Translations under genes and position numbers: made by a program | From: Eledone cirrhosa | Lineage: Eukaryota | DNA length: 64,000 nucleotides | NCBI GenBank assembly: GCA_964016885.1 | Contig: OZ024759.1 | Location: forward strand, 14,198,001 to 14,262,000 | Direction: 5' to 3' | Shown here: piece by piece, positions 1 to 13,834 of the stretch | Position numbering within the stretch: position 1 is the first letter of the stretch | Layout of the letters: every line of letters starts with the position of its first letter | Notes under the pieces: model-generated | What the model was told of the DNA's origin: nothing | Database searches by the model: none | The model's input: the letters and a program-made list of their open reading frames with translations, nothing else

Positions 1-797
1 GAAAAGGTTGGGAGGACCTTTCATTTATGTGAAACATGAAACCTCTCCTGTTCACTCAATAGAACATAAGACCATACGTAAGTGAGAAGCAGAACCCCTG
101 GCACGCCAAGGAGATTAGTATACACACTTCACTACTGACTTGGTCTATGTAGATCCGTCCAACCCTTGCTAGCAGGGAAAGTGGACTTTAAACTGTGATG
201 ATGAAGATGGTGATATATATAGGGCAGCTTTCCACATTAACCGTCTATAAAATTCCACTGATAACTTATTTATATTTACGTGTATATATCCGTGTGTGTA
301 AATGCATGTATTTGTTTTTCTGTGTATATATATATATAAAGATATATTTATGGATACATATATGTAATTTTTAAAATAATGTTTTCTTTTATTGTTCAAT
401 GTTTCCTTTTGCTTCATTTCAAATATATTTTAGATTGGTGTCCCAATGTATATCAATTCTGTTTTGTTTATCTGTTACGTGCCTCACCATTTCGTGAGTA
501 AATGTCGTTGGCTGCTATTTCTAGCATGTCAGTCAACTACCTTCCCACCCATAATTTTAGCGCGAATTTTGAGTCTCCCTGTTTATGATGTTTACATAAT
601 TATCAAATAACTGTCCCCCTCAAAATGTTAAGGCTAACGAGGCCCCTGTATATGTATAATATAAAATTATTTGAATTAAAATTATAGAAAATCTTTAGAT
701 TAATATTGGGAAAATACTTGGAAATAATTTAGCGTGAATTAAATAGTTGTTTTATAAACAATGTACGAAGCTGAAATTTCGGCTTTTGATGAGCTGA

Positions 798-896
<99 letters not shown>

Positions 897-929
897 TATA
901 ATGAAAGTTATCAAGCACAGAAATGCTAT

Positions 930-1112
930 AAAGATAGCTTATAAGATAGGGTGTAAACACTTAAAAGACGGAAAAAAAAGTTGCCAACGACCGGCATGAG
1001 GAATTGAACCTGATATCTCCGGTATCTGAAATATATGGGGTTCAATTTTTATCATAGCGCACGATGGCAACTTCTTTTTCAGGGTCTTCACCCTATTTTC
1101 TAAGCTATCTTT
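930..1112. repeat. Imperfect palindrome, MITE-like; second copy at about 6048-6228
   Basis: agatagctta..gatagggtg..aaaaagttgcca pairs with tggcaacttc..caccctat..taagctatct; the inner aattgaacc pairs with ggttcaatt. Confidence 0.6.
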
Positions 1113-1839
1113 TCTAAACATCAATTCTACGATTCTTTTTATCATCTCCATACTGAGAAACTAAAGCTCCATCCCTAACCTAGGTCCCTAACACACAAAT
1201 GTATATATATATATAGGGATTGATATATTAACAATACGTGTTATAATATATACGATATATATTATTTGTGTATATATATATAACTTTCGTAAATCAATGA
1301 AATAATTAATTGTAATTTAATCCTCGTTATTTCATTGTTGATATCTGTTTCTCGCTTTCTCTTTCACTCTTTGTTTCTCACTCTGTATCTCTCTATCTGT
1401 CCCCCTCTCTAATTAGTTTAGCTGATTATCTCCCCTTGACTATAATTTTTCTCGCTCAGCGAAATTGCGTGTGTGCATGTCTGTATGTTTTTATAGTTTA
1501 CTGGTTTCAGTCGTTTGACTGCGGTCATGCTGGGGCATAGGCTTGGTTTAGCTCATCATACTTACCTTAGTATCTGTTTATGGGGCTTATGTTATCGATA
1601 GCGTTTCTATATATATGGAGAGAGAGAGATATTATGCTATTTTCTCATACTTGGTGTAACAAATATCTATATACAATAATTCAATTTGCGTGGTCTACCT
1701 AGTACGGATATTCTTCACCGAATTTATTACGGTCGTGGGTCCCTAAAGCCCAGGAAAATAGAATGACTGTCAAGCAGTCCTCCCCATACCTCCTCGCTTC
1801 ATCAAGCGAGGAATCTCATGTTTATATTATAAATGCCGG

Positions 1840-4800
1840 AAAAATAAAAGACAAGTGTTGTGAGATGGTGGAGATGTTAGAGAGGTGACAACAAGATGTG
1901 TGCTATGAGGAAGAAATTAGGTGTTGGGCCACTTCAGCCAGATTCGTTATAGGCAATGTACACCAGTACAAATTATTCTTGGTGTGTAGCAGTAAAGAAT
2001 GGGTGGGATAAGTATACTCCTATCTGAAAAATGAGTAGACCAGGTAATTGAGGTAGTCAGGATATGTGATAGAAGAATTAAACGTAGACTAGTCTGGGTA
2101 ATACAACAGCCACCTATACTACCTGTATGTAATCCACAGGCTAGACATAGAGACCAGCAGAAAGACCACTTCTATGAGGTCCTCTTGCAAGCTACATCAA
2201 CAACAAATGACAGTGATCTCATTGTCACAGCTGGCGATTTCAATGGACATGTGAAACAGCAAGATGGATTTCATGTTTTATATAGAAGCTAGGTTTATAG
2301 TACAAGAAATGGGGAGGGGTCCAGACTTCTGGAGTTCAGTGATTCTCTTGATCTAACGATCTGGAACATAAACCTCAAGGATGTAGTCAGCTACTTGGTC
2401 AATTACTAATCAGGTAGACACATAAACCAAATAGACTTCATTCTGATCAAGAAATGAGACAGGCAAATGGTTGAAAATGCCAAGTCCTTTCCTGGGGAAG
2501 AATGTACCTTCAACCATAGATTGGGTGTTAGTGACATTTGAGTAAGAGCTAGGTGGAATAAGAGACAAAGGCTGTCTTTAGATCTACAAATGCTAGATAT
2601 AGTGGCTTAATCCTAGCTAAGTTCTTCTGTAATTGTATCAGATGAACATTGGCATCACCCCTATCTGTCATAAATCAAAACTGCATTATATCTAACTTGA
2701 ATCTGTCCTTAATTAGTTGGAGCAGTCATTGGGTATGACACCATCCTGTACTACTTGATTAACTATACGTGTGACTAACTCATATTTGACCATACCAGAT
2801 TATTTTAGACCCTCAGCATCCATACAGGATGGCCCAGCTGCCTTCCCTAACTGAATCTCATTAATTGATTTATGTATTACAATGCTGACAACTTTTATGA
2901 CTGGCCCCTCAGTTTGGTTTACATGATGTCGGCCCTCACTGTACCAATTTATCTTCCACACTCAGCAGCCTCTTATACTGAGTCTGCCATGCCTGTTTTG
3001 AGCAACCTACAGGGCAAGTGTTTAACTATCATTTCGGATACACTTTTTAAACATAGACTAGTCTGAGTAATACAACAGCCACCTATACTACCTGTATGTA
3101 ATCCACAGGCTAGACATAGAGACCTGCAGAAAGACCACTTCTATGAGGTCTTCTTGCAAGCTACATCAACAACAATGGACATGTGAAACAGCAAGATGGA
3201 TTTCATGTTGTATATAGAGGCTAGGCTTACAGTACAAGAAATTGGGAAGGGTCCAGACTTCTGGTGTTCAGAGATTCTCTTGATCTAACTATCTGGAACA
3301 TAAACTTCAGGGAAGTAGTCAGCTACTTGGTCAGTTACTAATCAGGTGGACACATAAACCAAATAGACTTCATTCTGATCAAGAAATAAGACAGGCAAAT
3401 GGTTGTAAATTCCAAGTCCTTTCCTGGGGAATAATGTACCTTCCACCATAGATTGGGTGTCAGTGACATTTGAGTAAGAGCTAGGTGGACCAAGAGACAA
3501 ATGCCAGTCTGGAGAAGGAAGACCTTGAAACATTGAAACTGAGAGAATCTTCTCTAGGTAACAAATTTAGAGAAATCCCTCTTGATGCCTATGACTGTAA
3601 GGAAGAAAAATTAGAGATATATAACACGGAGAAATATTGGTAAATTCTACATGACACCCTGCTGGTAGCTATAAGCTAGGTTCGACCAAGAGAGAGGGTG
3701 ATGTTGTGGTGAAAGGATAACGAAGAAAAAGCAATTACATTATTTTAGCCTCTCAGCAACTAAACAGGATGGTCCAGCTGCCTTCTCTACCTACATCCCA
3801 TTAATTGCTTTATCTATTACTATGCTGACAACTTTTATGACTTTCCCTCAGTTGGATTTACAGGCAACAAATTTAGAGAAATATTTCTTGAGGCCTATGA
3901 CTGTAAGGCCGAAGAATTAAGGATATATAACATACAGAAAAATTGGGAAACTCTACGTCACCCTGCCGGTAGCTATAAGCCTGTGGTTGAAACAAGGTTC
4001 GACCAAGACAGAGGGTGATGTTGTGGTGGAAGGATAAGGAAGAAAGACCCATTAGAAGAACAATATCAGCCTGGAGATAATGGAGGAATGGAGGAGACAG
4101 CAAGTAATACCAGCCAACTAAAAGAGAGGTCAGGTACCAAGTATATATAACAGGGTGAGAGGCAGAAAAGTAGAAAATTTGCAAATGTTTTCCGGAGTCA
4201 AATCCCATGTTTTTCTGCTGTGTAGTATTGTAGTTCATACACAGGCATTATACAGTCTCCTCATCTCTGTGGGAGGAAAGCCCTTTGTTATCAGCAGTGT
4301 TAATAGCACTATAAACATCTCCTATCCTGTTCTTAGCCAATGTATCCCACTTTTAGCACCTCCTCCCCCACTGCAAATTTGATGGCCTAGGTAAGAAAAG
4401 CCCTTGTAAACCATTGATCTACACCTAGCTTCTTGTGCCTACCAGATCATAGGGCCTTGAAATTGAGTCAAAGGCTGTCTTTAGATCTACAAAAGCTAGA
4501 TATAGTGGCTTAATCTTAGCTAAGTTCTTCTGTAATTGTATCAGATGAACATTGGCATCACCCCTATCTGTCATAAATTGAAACTGCATTATATCTAACT
4601 TGAATCTGTCCTTAATTAGTTGGACCAGTCATTGGGTATAACACCATCCTGTACTACTTGTTTAACTATACGTGTGACTAACTCATATTTTACCATACCA
4701 GATTATTTTAGCCTCTCAGCAACTATACATGATGGCCCAACTGCCTTCTCTACCTTCATCTCATTAATTGATTTATCTATTACAAGGCTGACAACTTTTA

Positions 4801-4960
4801 TGACTGGCCCCTCAGTTGGGTTTACATGGGGTCGGCCCTCACTTTCCATTTATTTTCCACGCTCAGCAGCCTCTTATACTGAGTCTGCCATGCCTGTTTT
4901 GAGCAACCTACAGGGCAAGTGTTTAACTATCATTTCGGATACACTTTTTCCACACAACAT
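1840..4960. mobile_element. Decayed RTE-clade LINE mosaic: sense endonuclease pieces alternate with antisense RT-proximal pieces
   Basis: Stop-ridden APE-like remnants (AGDFNGHV; NQIDFILI) at about 2085-2560 and 3053-3500. Antisense pieces (GKAAGPS-like) at about 2570-3050 and 4250-4950. The same layout recurs at 6940-10019. Confidence 0.75.
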
Positions 4961-7900
4961 CATGACTTTCTCTAGCACACTGTTTCAGAATCTGGAACAA
5001 TATACACTCACAGTACACACTGTAAAATGGTTGGTGATTGGAAAGATATCCAGCCATAGAAATATTTCCAAATATAGGGTTGGAAGATTCTTCTGTTGTG
5101 TCAAGGACATGACAGGCTCCCTAGTGTTGGTGACCTACACAATAAACACACTCAGTACACCCTGCATAGGAAGGGCATCAAACCGTGGAAAGCTTGCTAA
5201 AGAAAAGGTTGGGAGGACCTTTCATCTGTGTGAAACATGAAACCTCTGCTGTGCACTCAATAGAACATAAGACCATACATAAGTGAGAAGCAGAACCCCT
5301 GGCCCGCTAAGGAGATTAGTATACACACTTCAGTACTGACTTGGTCTATGTAGATCCGTCCAACCCTTGCTAGCAGGGAAAGTGAACTTTAAACTGTGAT
5401 GATGAAGATGGTGATATATATAGGGTAGCTTTCCACATTAACCGTCTATAAAATTCCACTGATAACTTATTTATATTTACGTGTATATATCAGTGTGTGT
5501 AAATGCATGTATTTGTTTCTCTGTGTATATATATAAAGATATATTTATGGATACATATATGTAATTTTTTAAATAATGTGTTCTTTTATTGTTTAATGTT
5601 TCCATTTGCTTCATTTCAAATATATTTTAGATTGGTGTCCCAATGTATATCAATTCTGTTTTGTTTATCTGTTACGTGGTTCACCATTTCGTCATTTATT
5701 GTCAATGGCTGCTATTTCTAGCATGTCAGTCAACTACCTTCCCACCCATAATTTTAGCGCGATTTTGGGTCTCCCTGTTTATGATGTTTACATAATTATC
5801 AAATAACTGTCCCCCTCAAAATGTTATGGCAAACGAGGCCCCTGTATATGTATAATATAAAATTATTTGAATTAAAATTATGGAAAATCTTTAGATTAAT
5901 ATTGGGAAAATACTTGGAAATAATTTATCGTGAATTAAATAGTTGTTTTGTAAACAATGTACGAAGCTGAAATTTCGGCTTTTGATGAGCTGAGGATATA
6001 TATATATATAAGTATAATGAAAGTTATCAAGCACAGAAATGCTACAAAGCTAGCTTATAAGATCGGGTGTAGACCCTTAAAAGACGGAAAAAAAAAGTTG
6101 CCAACGACCGGCATGAGGAATTGAACCTGATATCTCCGGTATCTGAAATATATGGGGTTCAATTTTTATCATAGCGGCCGATGGCAACTTCTTTTTCAGG
6201 CTCTTCACCCTATTTTCTAAGCTATCTTTTCTAAACATCAATTCTACGATACTTTTTATCATCTCCATACTGAGAAACTGAAGCTCCATCCCTAACCTAG
6301 GTCCCTAACACACAAATGTATATATATATATAGGGATTGATATATTAACAATACGTGTTATAATATATACGATATATATTATTTGTGTATATATATATAA
6401 CTTTAGTAAATCAATGAAATAATTCATCGTAATTTAATCCTCGTTATTTCATTGTTGATATCTGTTTCTCGCTTTCTCTTTCACTCTTTTTTTCTCACTC
6501 TATATCTCTCTATCTGTCCCCCTCTCTAATCAGTTTATCTGATTATCTCCCCTTGACTATAATTTTTCTCTTCTCAGCGAAATTGCGTGTGTGCATGTCT
6601 GTATGTTTTTATAGTTTACTGGTTTCAGTCGTTTGACTGCGGTCATGCTGGGGCATAGGCTTGGTTTAGCTCATCATACTTACCTTAGTATCTATTTATG
6701 GGGCTTGTGTTATCGATAGCGTTTCTATATATATGGAGAGAGAGAGATATTACGCTATTTTCTCATACTTGGTGTAACAAATATCTATATACAATAACTC
6801 AATTTTCGTGGTCTACCTAGTACGGATATTCTTCACCGAATTTATTACGGTCGTGGGTCCCTAAAGCCCAGGAAAATAGAATGACTGTCATGCAGCCCTC
6901 CCCATATCTCCTCGCTTCATCAAGCGAGGAATCTCATGCCGGAAAAATAAAAGACAAGTGTTGTGAGATGGTGGAGGTGTTTGAGAGGTGACAACAAGAT
7001 GTGTGCTATGAGGAAGAAATTAGGTGTTGGGCCACTTCAGCCAGATTCGTTATAGGTAATGTACACCAGTACAAATTATTCTTGGTGTGTAGCAGTAAAG
7101 AATGGGTGGGATAAGTATACTCCTATCTGAAAAATGAGTAGACCAGGTAATTGAGGTAGTCAGGATATGTGATAGAAGAATTAAACATAGACTAGTCTGG
7201 GTAATACAACAGCCACCTATACTACCTGTATATAATCCACAGGCTAGATATAGAGACCAGCAGAGAGAGCACTTCTATGAGGTCCTCTTGCAAGCTCCAT
7301 CAACAACAAATGACAGTGATCTCATTGTCACAGCTGGCGATTTCAATGGACATGTGAAACAGCAAGATGGATTTCATGTTGTATATATAAGCTAGGATTC
7401 AGTACAAGAAATGGGGAGGGGTGAAGACTTCTGGAGTTCAGTGATTCTCTTGATCTAACCATCTGGAACATAAACCTCGAGGAAGTAGTCAGCTACTTGG
7501 TCAGTTACTAATCAGGTGGACACATAAACCAAATAGACTTCATTCTGACCAGGAAATGAGACAGGCAAATGGTTGTAAATGCCAAGTCCTTTCCTGGGGA
7601 AGAATGTACCTTCCACCATAGATTGGGTGTCAGTGACATTTGAGTATGAGCTAGGTGGACCAAGAGACAAAGGCTGTCTTTATATTTACAAAATCTAGAT
7701 ATAGTGGCTTATTCTTAGCTAAGTTCTTCTGTAAGTGTATCAGATGAACATTGGCATCACCCCTGTCTGTCATAAATCAAAACTGCATTATATCTAACTT
7801 GAATCTGTCCTTAATTAGTTGGACCAGTCATTGGGTATGACACCATCCTGTACTACTTGATTAACTATACGTGTGACTAACACATATTTCACCATACCAG

Positions 7901-10199
7901 ATTATTTTAGCCTCTCAGCAACTATACAGGATGGCCCAGCTGCCTTCTCTACCTTCATCTCATTAATTGCTTTATTTATTACAATGCTGACAACTTTTAT
8001 GACTGGCTCCTCAGTTGGGTTTACATGGGGTCGGCCCTCACTGTCCCATTTATTTTCCACGCTCAGCAGCCTCTTATACTGAGTCTGCCATGCCTGTTTT
8101 GAGCAACCTACAGGGCCAGTGTTTAACTATCGTTTCGGATACACTTTTTAAACATAGACTAGTCTGGGTAATTCAACAGCCACCTATACTACCTGTATAT
8201 AATCCACAGGCTAGACATAGAGACCATGGAAAGACCACTTCTATGAGGTCCTCTTGCAAGCTACATCTACAACAAATGACAGTGATTTCATTCTCACAGC
8301 TGGCAATTTCAATGGACATGTGAAACAGCAAGATGGATTTCATGTTGTATATAGAGGCTAGGCTTACAGTACAAGAAATTGGGAAGGGTCCAGACTTCTG
8401 GTGTTCAGAGATTCTCTTGATCTAACCATCTGGAACATAAACTTCAAGGAAGTAGTCAGCTACTTGGTCAGTTACTAATCAGGTGGACACATAAACCAAA
8501 TAGACTTCATTCTGATCAGGAAATCAGACAGGCAAATGGTTGAAAATGACAAGTCCTTTTCTGGAGAAGAATGTACCTTCCACCATAGATTGGGTGTCAG
8601 TGACATTTGAGTAAGAGCTAGGTGGACCAAGAGACAAATGCCAGTCTGGAGAAGGAAGACCTTGAAACATTGAAACTGAGAGAATCTTCTCTAGGTAACA
8701 AATTTAGAGAAATCTCTCTTGAGGCCTATGACTGTAAGGAAGAGGAATTAAAGATACATAACATAGAGAAATATTGGTAAATTCTACATGACACCCTGCT
8801 GGTAGCTATAAGCTAGGTTCGACCAAGATAGAGGGTGATGTTGTGGTGGAAGGATAAGGAAGAAAAAGCAATTAGATTATTCTAGCCTCTCAGCAACTAT
8901 ACAGGATGGTCCAGCTGCCTTCTCTACCTACATCCCATTAATTGCTTTATCTATTACTATGCTGACAACTTTTATGACTGTCCCCTCAGTTGGATTTACA
9001 GGCAACAAATTTAGAGAAATATTTCTTGAGGCCTATGACTGTAAGGCCGAAGAATTAAGGATATAAAACATACAGAAAAATTGGGAAACTCTACGTCACC
9101 CTGCTGGTAGCTATAAGCCTGTGCTTGAAACAAGGTTCGACCAAGACAGAGGGTGATGTTGTGGTGGAAGGATAAGGAAGAAAGACCCATTAGAAGAACA
9201 ATATCAGCCTGGAGATAATGGAGGAATGGAGGAGACAGCAAGTAATAACAGGCAACTAAAAGAGAGGCCAGGTACCAAGTATATATAACAAGGGGAGAGG
9301 CAGAAAAGTAGAAAATTTGCAAATGTTTTCTGCAATCAAATCCCATGTTTTACTGCTGTGTAGTATTGTAGTTCATACACAGGCATTATACAGTCTACTC
9401 ATCTCTGTGGGAGGAAAGCCCTCTGTTATCAGCAGTGTTAATAGCTCTATAAACATCTCCTATCCTGTTCTTAGCCAATGTATCCCACTTTTAGCACCCC
9501 CTCCCCCACTGCAAATTTGATGGCCTAGGTAAGAAAAGCCCTTGTAAGCCATTGATCTACACCTAGCTTCTTGTGCCTACCAGATTATAGGGCCTGAAAT
9601 TGAGTCAAAGGCTGTCATTAGATCTACAAAAGCTAGATATAGTGGCTTAATCTTAGCTAAGTTCTTCTGTAATTGTATCAGATGAACATTGGCATCACCC
9701 CTATCTGTCATAAATCGAAACTGCATTATATCTAACTTGAATCTGTCCTTAATTAGTTGGACCAGTCATTGGGTATGACACCATCCTGTACTATTTGATT
9801 AACTATACGTGTGACTAACACATATTTTACCATACCAGATTATTTTAGCCTCTCTGCAACTATACAGGATGGCCCAGGTGCCTTCTCTAACCTAATCTCA
9901 TTAATTGATTTATCTATTACAATGCTGACAACTTTTGTGACTGGCTCCTCAGTTGGGTTTACATGGGCTAGGCCCTCACTGTCCCATTTATTTTCCACGC
10001 TCAGCAGCCTCTTATACTGATCTATATACCATAACTTGTCCCACAAATTGCTTGGTCTACGTAGTACGTACTTTCTTCACCGAATTTAATACAGTTGGAC
10101 CTCACCTAAAGCCCAGGAAAAGAGAATGACAGTCATGCAGCCCCCCCCCCCCCCCACGTACCTCTTCGCTTTAAAACAGAGAGAAATTTCATATTATAA

Positions 10200-11285
10200 G
10201 GAGTACATCAGCGTTCGGTCATCAGCCCGCTCTTGTTCATTATAGTCCTCCAAGACATAACAGAGGAGTTTAAGACTGGCTGCCCATGGGAACTACTCTA
10301 TACTGATGATCTGGTACTTATAGCAGAATCAGTAGAGGAGCTAGAGAAGAAATTCTGGCTATGGAAACAGTAGTTGGAATCAAGAGGACTGAGAATGAAC
10401 ATAGCTAAGACAAAAGTGTTGATAAATAGAAAAGAGGACAAAATTCTTGATTCGATCAGGGAAATGGCCATGTTTGATATGTAGAAAAGGAGTTGGCATA
10501 AATTCTATAGAATGTACACAATGCAGATCTTGGGTACACAAGAGATGTAGTGGGATAGCAGGCAAAGTAACAGGTAGGGAAAACTATGTATGCAGTAGAT
10601 GTACAAGGAAAGTTGGCAGTAGTAATTGCAGTGATAGACACATTTTTCAAATGCAAGTGGGTTCTATAGAAGTGGTTGATAGCTTCCGGTACTTAGGTGA
10701 TCAGATTAACATGGGAGGGTTCCGAGGCCATAGTATCTAGATTAAGGACGGGTTGGAAGAAGTTTAGGGAGCTGCTTCCTCTGTTGACAAAGAAGGGTTT
10801 CTCCCTGCGTACGAAACGCCGGTTATATGATGCCTGTGTGAGATGCGCAATGCTGCATGGTTGTGAGACATGGGCAGCAACTACAGAGGCTGGAGAGAAA
10901 TGAAGCATGCATGTTCCATTGGATGTGCAATGTCAATGTGCGTGAACGACTAAGCATAGACGAGTTGAGAAAGAAACTGGGTATAAGAGGGATAAGTTGT
11001 GGTGTGCAGGAGAGAAGACTGAGATGGTATGGACATGTGATGCGCATGGAGGATAACCGCTGGGTAAAGATGTGCCAAGAAATCCCAGTAGAAGGAAGAC
11101 GCAGAAGAGGTAGACCACGTAAAACATGGGTGGAGGAGGTGAGAACAGACCGCAGATTGCTGAAGCTCACGCAAGAAATGACGAAGGACCGTGACAAGTG
11201 GAGAGATACTGTGCTGAATAGGACCCGTCCCACCTTTGCAAGCAGGGAAAAGCGGACGTAAAATGATGATGATGATGATGATGAT
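10200..11285 (+). mobile_element. RTE-clade LINE 3' fragment (RT end, Cys-rich finger, C-terminus, (GAT)n tail)
   Basis: Peptides PWELLYTDDLVLIAES, WPCLICRKGVGINSIECTQCRSWVHKRCSGI and QERRLRWYGHVMRM..GRPRKTW, interrupted by frameshifts and stops. Ends gcaagcagggaaaagcggacgtaaaat(gat)n. Confidence 0.9.
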
Positions 11286-12599
11286 ACTATGCCAGAAAAA
11301 GGACACCCTGCTGGAATATAGGAGCTAGGTCTATGGCTGAGACAAAGTCCAACCAAGACAGGGTTATGTGGCGGTGGCAAAGAAAAAGACCAGCCTGGCA
11401 ATAATGGAGGAATGAGAGAGACAGAAAGCAAACCCAGGTACCTAAAAGAGAGACCAGGTACCAAGTATATCTAGGAAGGGGAGATGTGGAAAGGAAGTCT
11501 GCATGTCTTCTGCAGTCAAAGTCCCTGCTTACTGCCATGTTGTATTGTAGTTCGCACACAGACATGATGCAGTCTACTCATCTCTCTCAGAGAAAAGCCC
11601 TTTGTTATCAGCAGCAGTATCAGCCCCATAAATATCTTTCAGCCTGTTCTTATCCTAGTTATTACACTTTTGGCACATCTCCCACTGCTAATTTGATGGC
11701 CTAGGTAAGAAAAGTTGTCAGCTACTTCTAAGGAATCACCCTGTCGACTTAAGGAACCTATTTCATGTGTGCTCTTAGTACTTACTTCTCCTTTATATCT
11801 GCGACATACAAAGTAAATGTTTTCTTTTAGTCTCGCAACTTTTCTATGGTTGGATGCTCTTCACCAACCAATTTATAGAGTATACACTGGGTTGTATTTA
11901 CCCTGGAGATCACCAACGCAAGGAAAATTATGATGGAAGATGTTTAGATAAATAAACAAAAGTGGCAGTTTCAGACAGTTTGGTATCAAAAAGATTAATG
12001 TGGGAGAAGGAACCATCCAACACATGCAAGCGAGAAAAAACGGACGTAAAAACAATGATGATGATGAAGATAATGATAAAGAAAATATTTGTTTTAGATT
12101 TTACATAATTTATTAGAAATATTTCTGTTAAATCAGGCAAATTGTAACAGAGAGAAAAACTATTTTTTGTGAGACATGTGTGAATATATAGATTGATTTT
12201 GATAATTTCAAGTGTTTGACAGTCAAGGAGTTCAGTTTCTTCACATGTAGCTCAAGGGAGGCAGATTGGTAGAATCATTCGAGTGTAGAACAAAATGACC
12301 CTTTACATTCCTCAGTTCAAACCCTGTTGAGATCAGTTTGCTTCCAAGATGGATAAAATAAAGTAGCAATTAAGTTCTGGGGTCGATATACTTAACTTTC
12401 CAACCTGTAAATTGTTGATCTTGTGCCAAAATTATAAGCCACTAATAAGTGACACATTTTACAGATTCATTATAACAAGTGACCCAGTTTCACTTTGATA
12501 AGTGACACAGTTAAATTGAGGCATATCTTTTATTTAGACCACAGTTCCCATTCTAAAGACTAACATAATTCTTATTCTTAAGAGAGACAATTGGTCAGA

Positions 12600-12800
12600 T
12601 TCCTAAGACATGTCTTCCAGAGGGTCCTATCAGAAGCCACTATTTCTAACCATCTTACTCATGGTTTACCTCTGGGTCATGTCCCGATTGACTTTGTCCA
12701 TAAAATCTGTCTGTCGATTCTTTACTTGGACATTCTAACCACATGTCCGTAATACCAGAGTTGTGATCTCTCTATTCAGAGAAGTAACAGCTTTCTACCT
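12600..12800 (-). mobile_element. RTE-type LINE C-terminal relic
   Basis: The minus strand reads ERSQLWYYGHVVRMSK*RIDRQILW..PRGKP*VRWLE. Confidence 0.65.
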
Positions 12801-12900
12801 GGATCATGAATCATACACACACACACTAATTCACTTAGCTTTAATAGTAAACCATCACCTTTCAAAGACGTAGCAGTTCTACCTGGAGCGTGAATCATGT

Positions 12901-12935
<35 letters not shown>

Positions 12936-13032
12936 ACTTTACTTCACCTTGCTCTGATAGGGTTGCCATTACCTTTCAAAGACCATCTTACACACACACA
13001 CACAACTTTACTTTGCTATAATAAGGTTACTG

Positions 13033-13153
13033 TCACCTTTCAAAGACCATAACTAATTCACAATGGACAGTGTGAGGGAACATATCAACAGGTACAGCAC
13101 GGATAGGAACAAACGGCTTCCCAGGAAGTTTCTCATTCGGTGGACAGCATAAT
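13033..13153 (-). CDS. TRMT2B: TRMT2B-like last coding exon
   Basis: LCCPPNEKLPGKPFVPIRAVPVDMFPHTVHCELVMVFER*; acceptor tatag. Confidence 0.92.
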
Positions 13154-13572
13154 CTATAGATGACAAAATGATTTCATATAAATATATATATATATATGTG
13201 TTACGTAATTCCAAAGGGAAAAAGAGTGCTCTATGTATAGAACAGAGCTATTTAATTAGAAAATAAACAACTCAAAATATAACTACTCCATTACCAAAGG
13301 TTTCTGGATTCCAGACATATATATTATTATCGTCTGTGATCCAGAAACCTTTGGTAATGGAGAAGGTATATTTTGAGTTGTTCACTTTCTAATTAAATAT
13401 ATAAATATATGTATGTATATAATTGTTACATATATATCATGATCATCACTATTTAATGTCCATTTTTCCACGCTATGGACATTATGTTTTGCAGAATAAA
13501 TAAATTCTAGGGTCAATATGTTGTGCATTTTCATTTAAAGAGTTATTCTAAAGACTTTATTGCCATGCCAAG

Positions 13573-13607
<35 letters not shown>

Positions 13608-13800
13608 GATATATAAACGAAGGAGGTGTGGTAAGGAACCAGATGGACCATAACGCACCAGAGTACTCAATACTTAGGGTAGTAGAGTGGGTAATAGGAA
13701 AATGTTTGACCCCGACGGCAGAGCTCAAGCTGTTTCGACGGCTATTTCTGGACTCATCCAGAAATACCTTGAGCTCTGCCGTCGGGGTCAAACATTTTCC

Positions 13801-13834
<34 letters not shown>

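Larger units (their letters stand above)
1..10019. repeat. Tandem duplication, period about 5.14-5.20 kb (copy 1 starts before the window and runs to 5201; copy 2 is 5202-about 10019)
   Basis: Position 1 (gaaaaggttgggaggacc) recurs at 5202. Colinear, slightly diverged sequence continues to about 10019, which matches about 4880. ORFs are paired (939-1151 with 6077-6289; 3873-4238 with 9011-9346). Confidence 0.93.

Noticed and set aside
980-1071. tRNA- or vault-like Pol III gene on the minus strand (terminal stem, GGTTCAATTCC, T-run)
   Set aside because: There is no convincing A box or cloverleaf. The pairing is the centre of a larger imperfect palindrome extending to about 930-1112, which fits a MITE better.
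4620-5240. 206-aa ORF
   Set aside because: It is an antisense reading of decayed LINE sequence and is not preserved intact in the duplicate copy.
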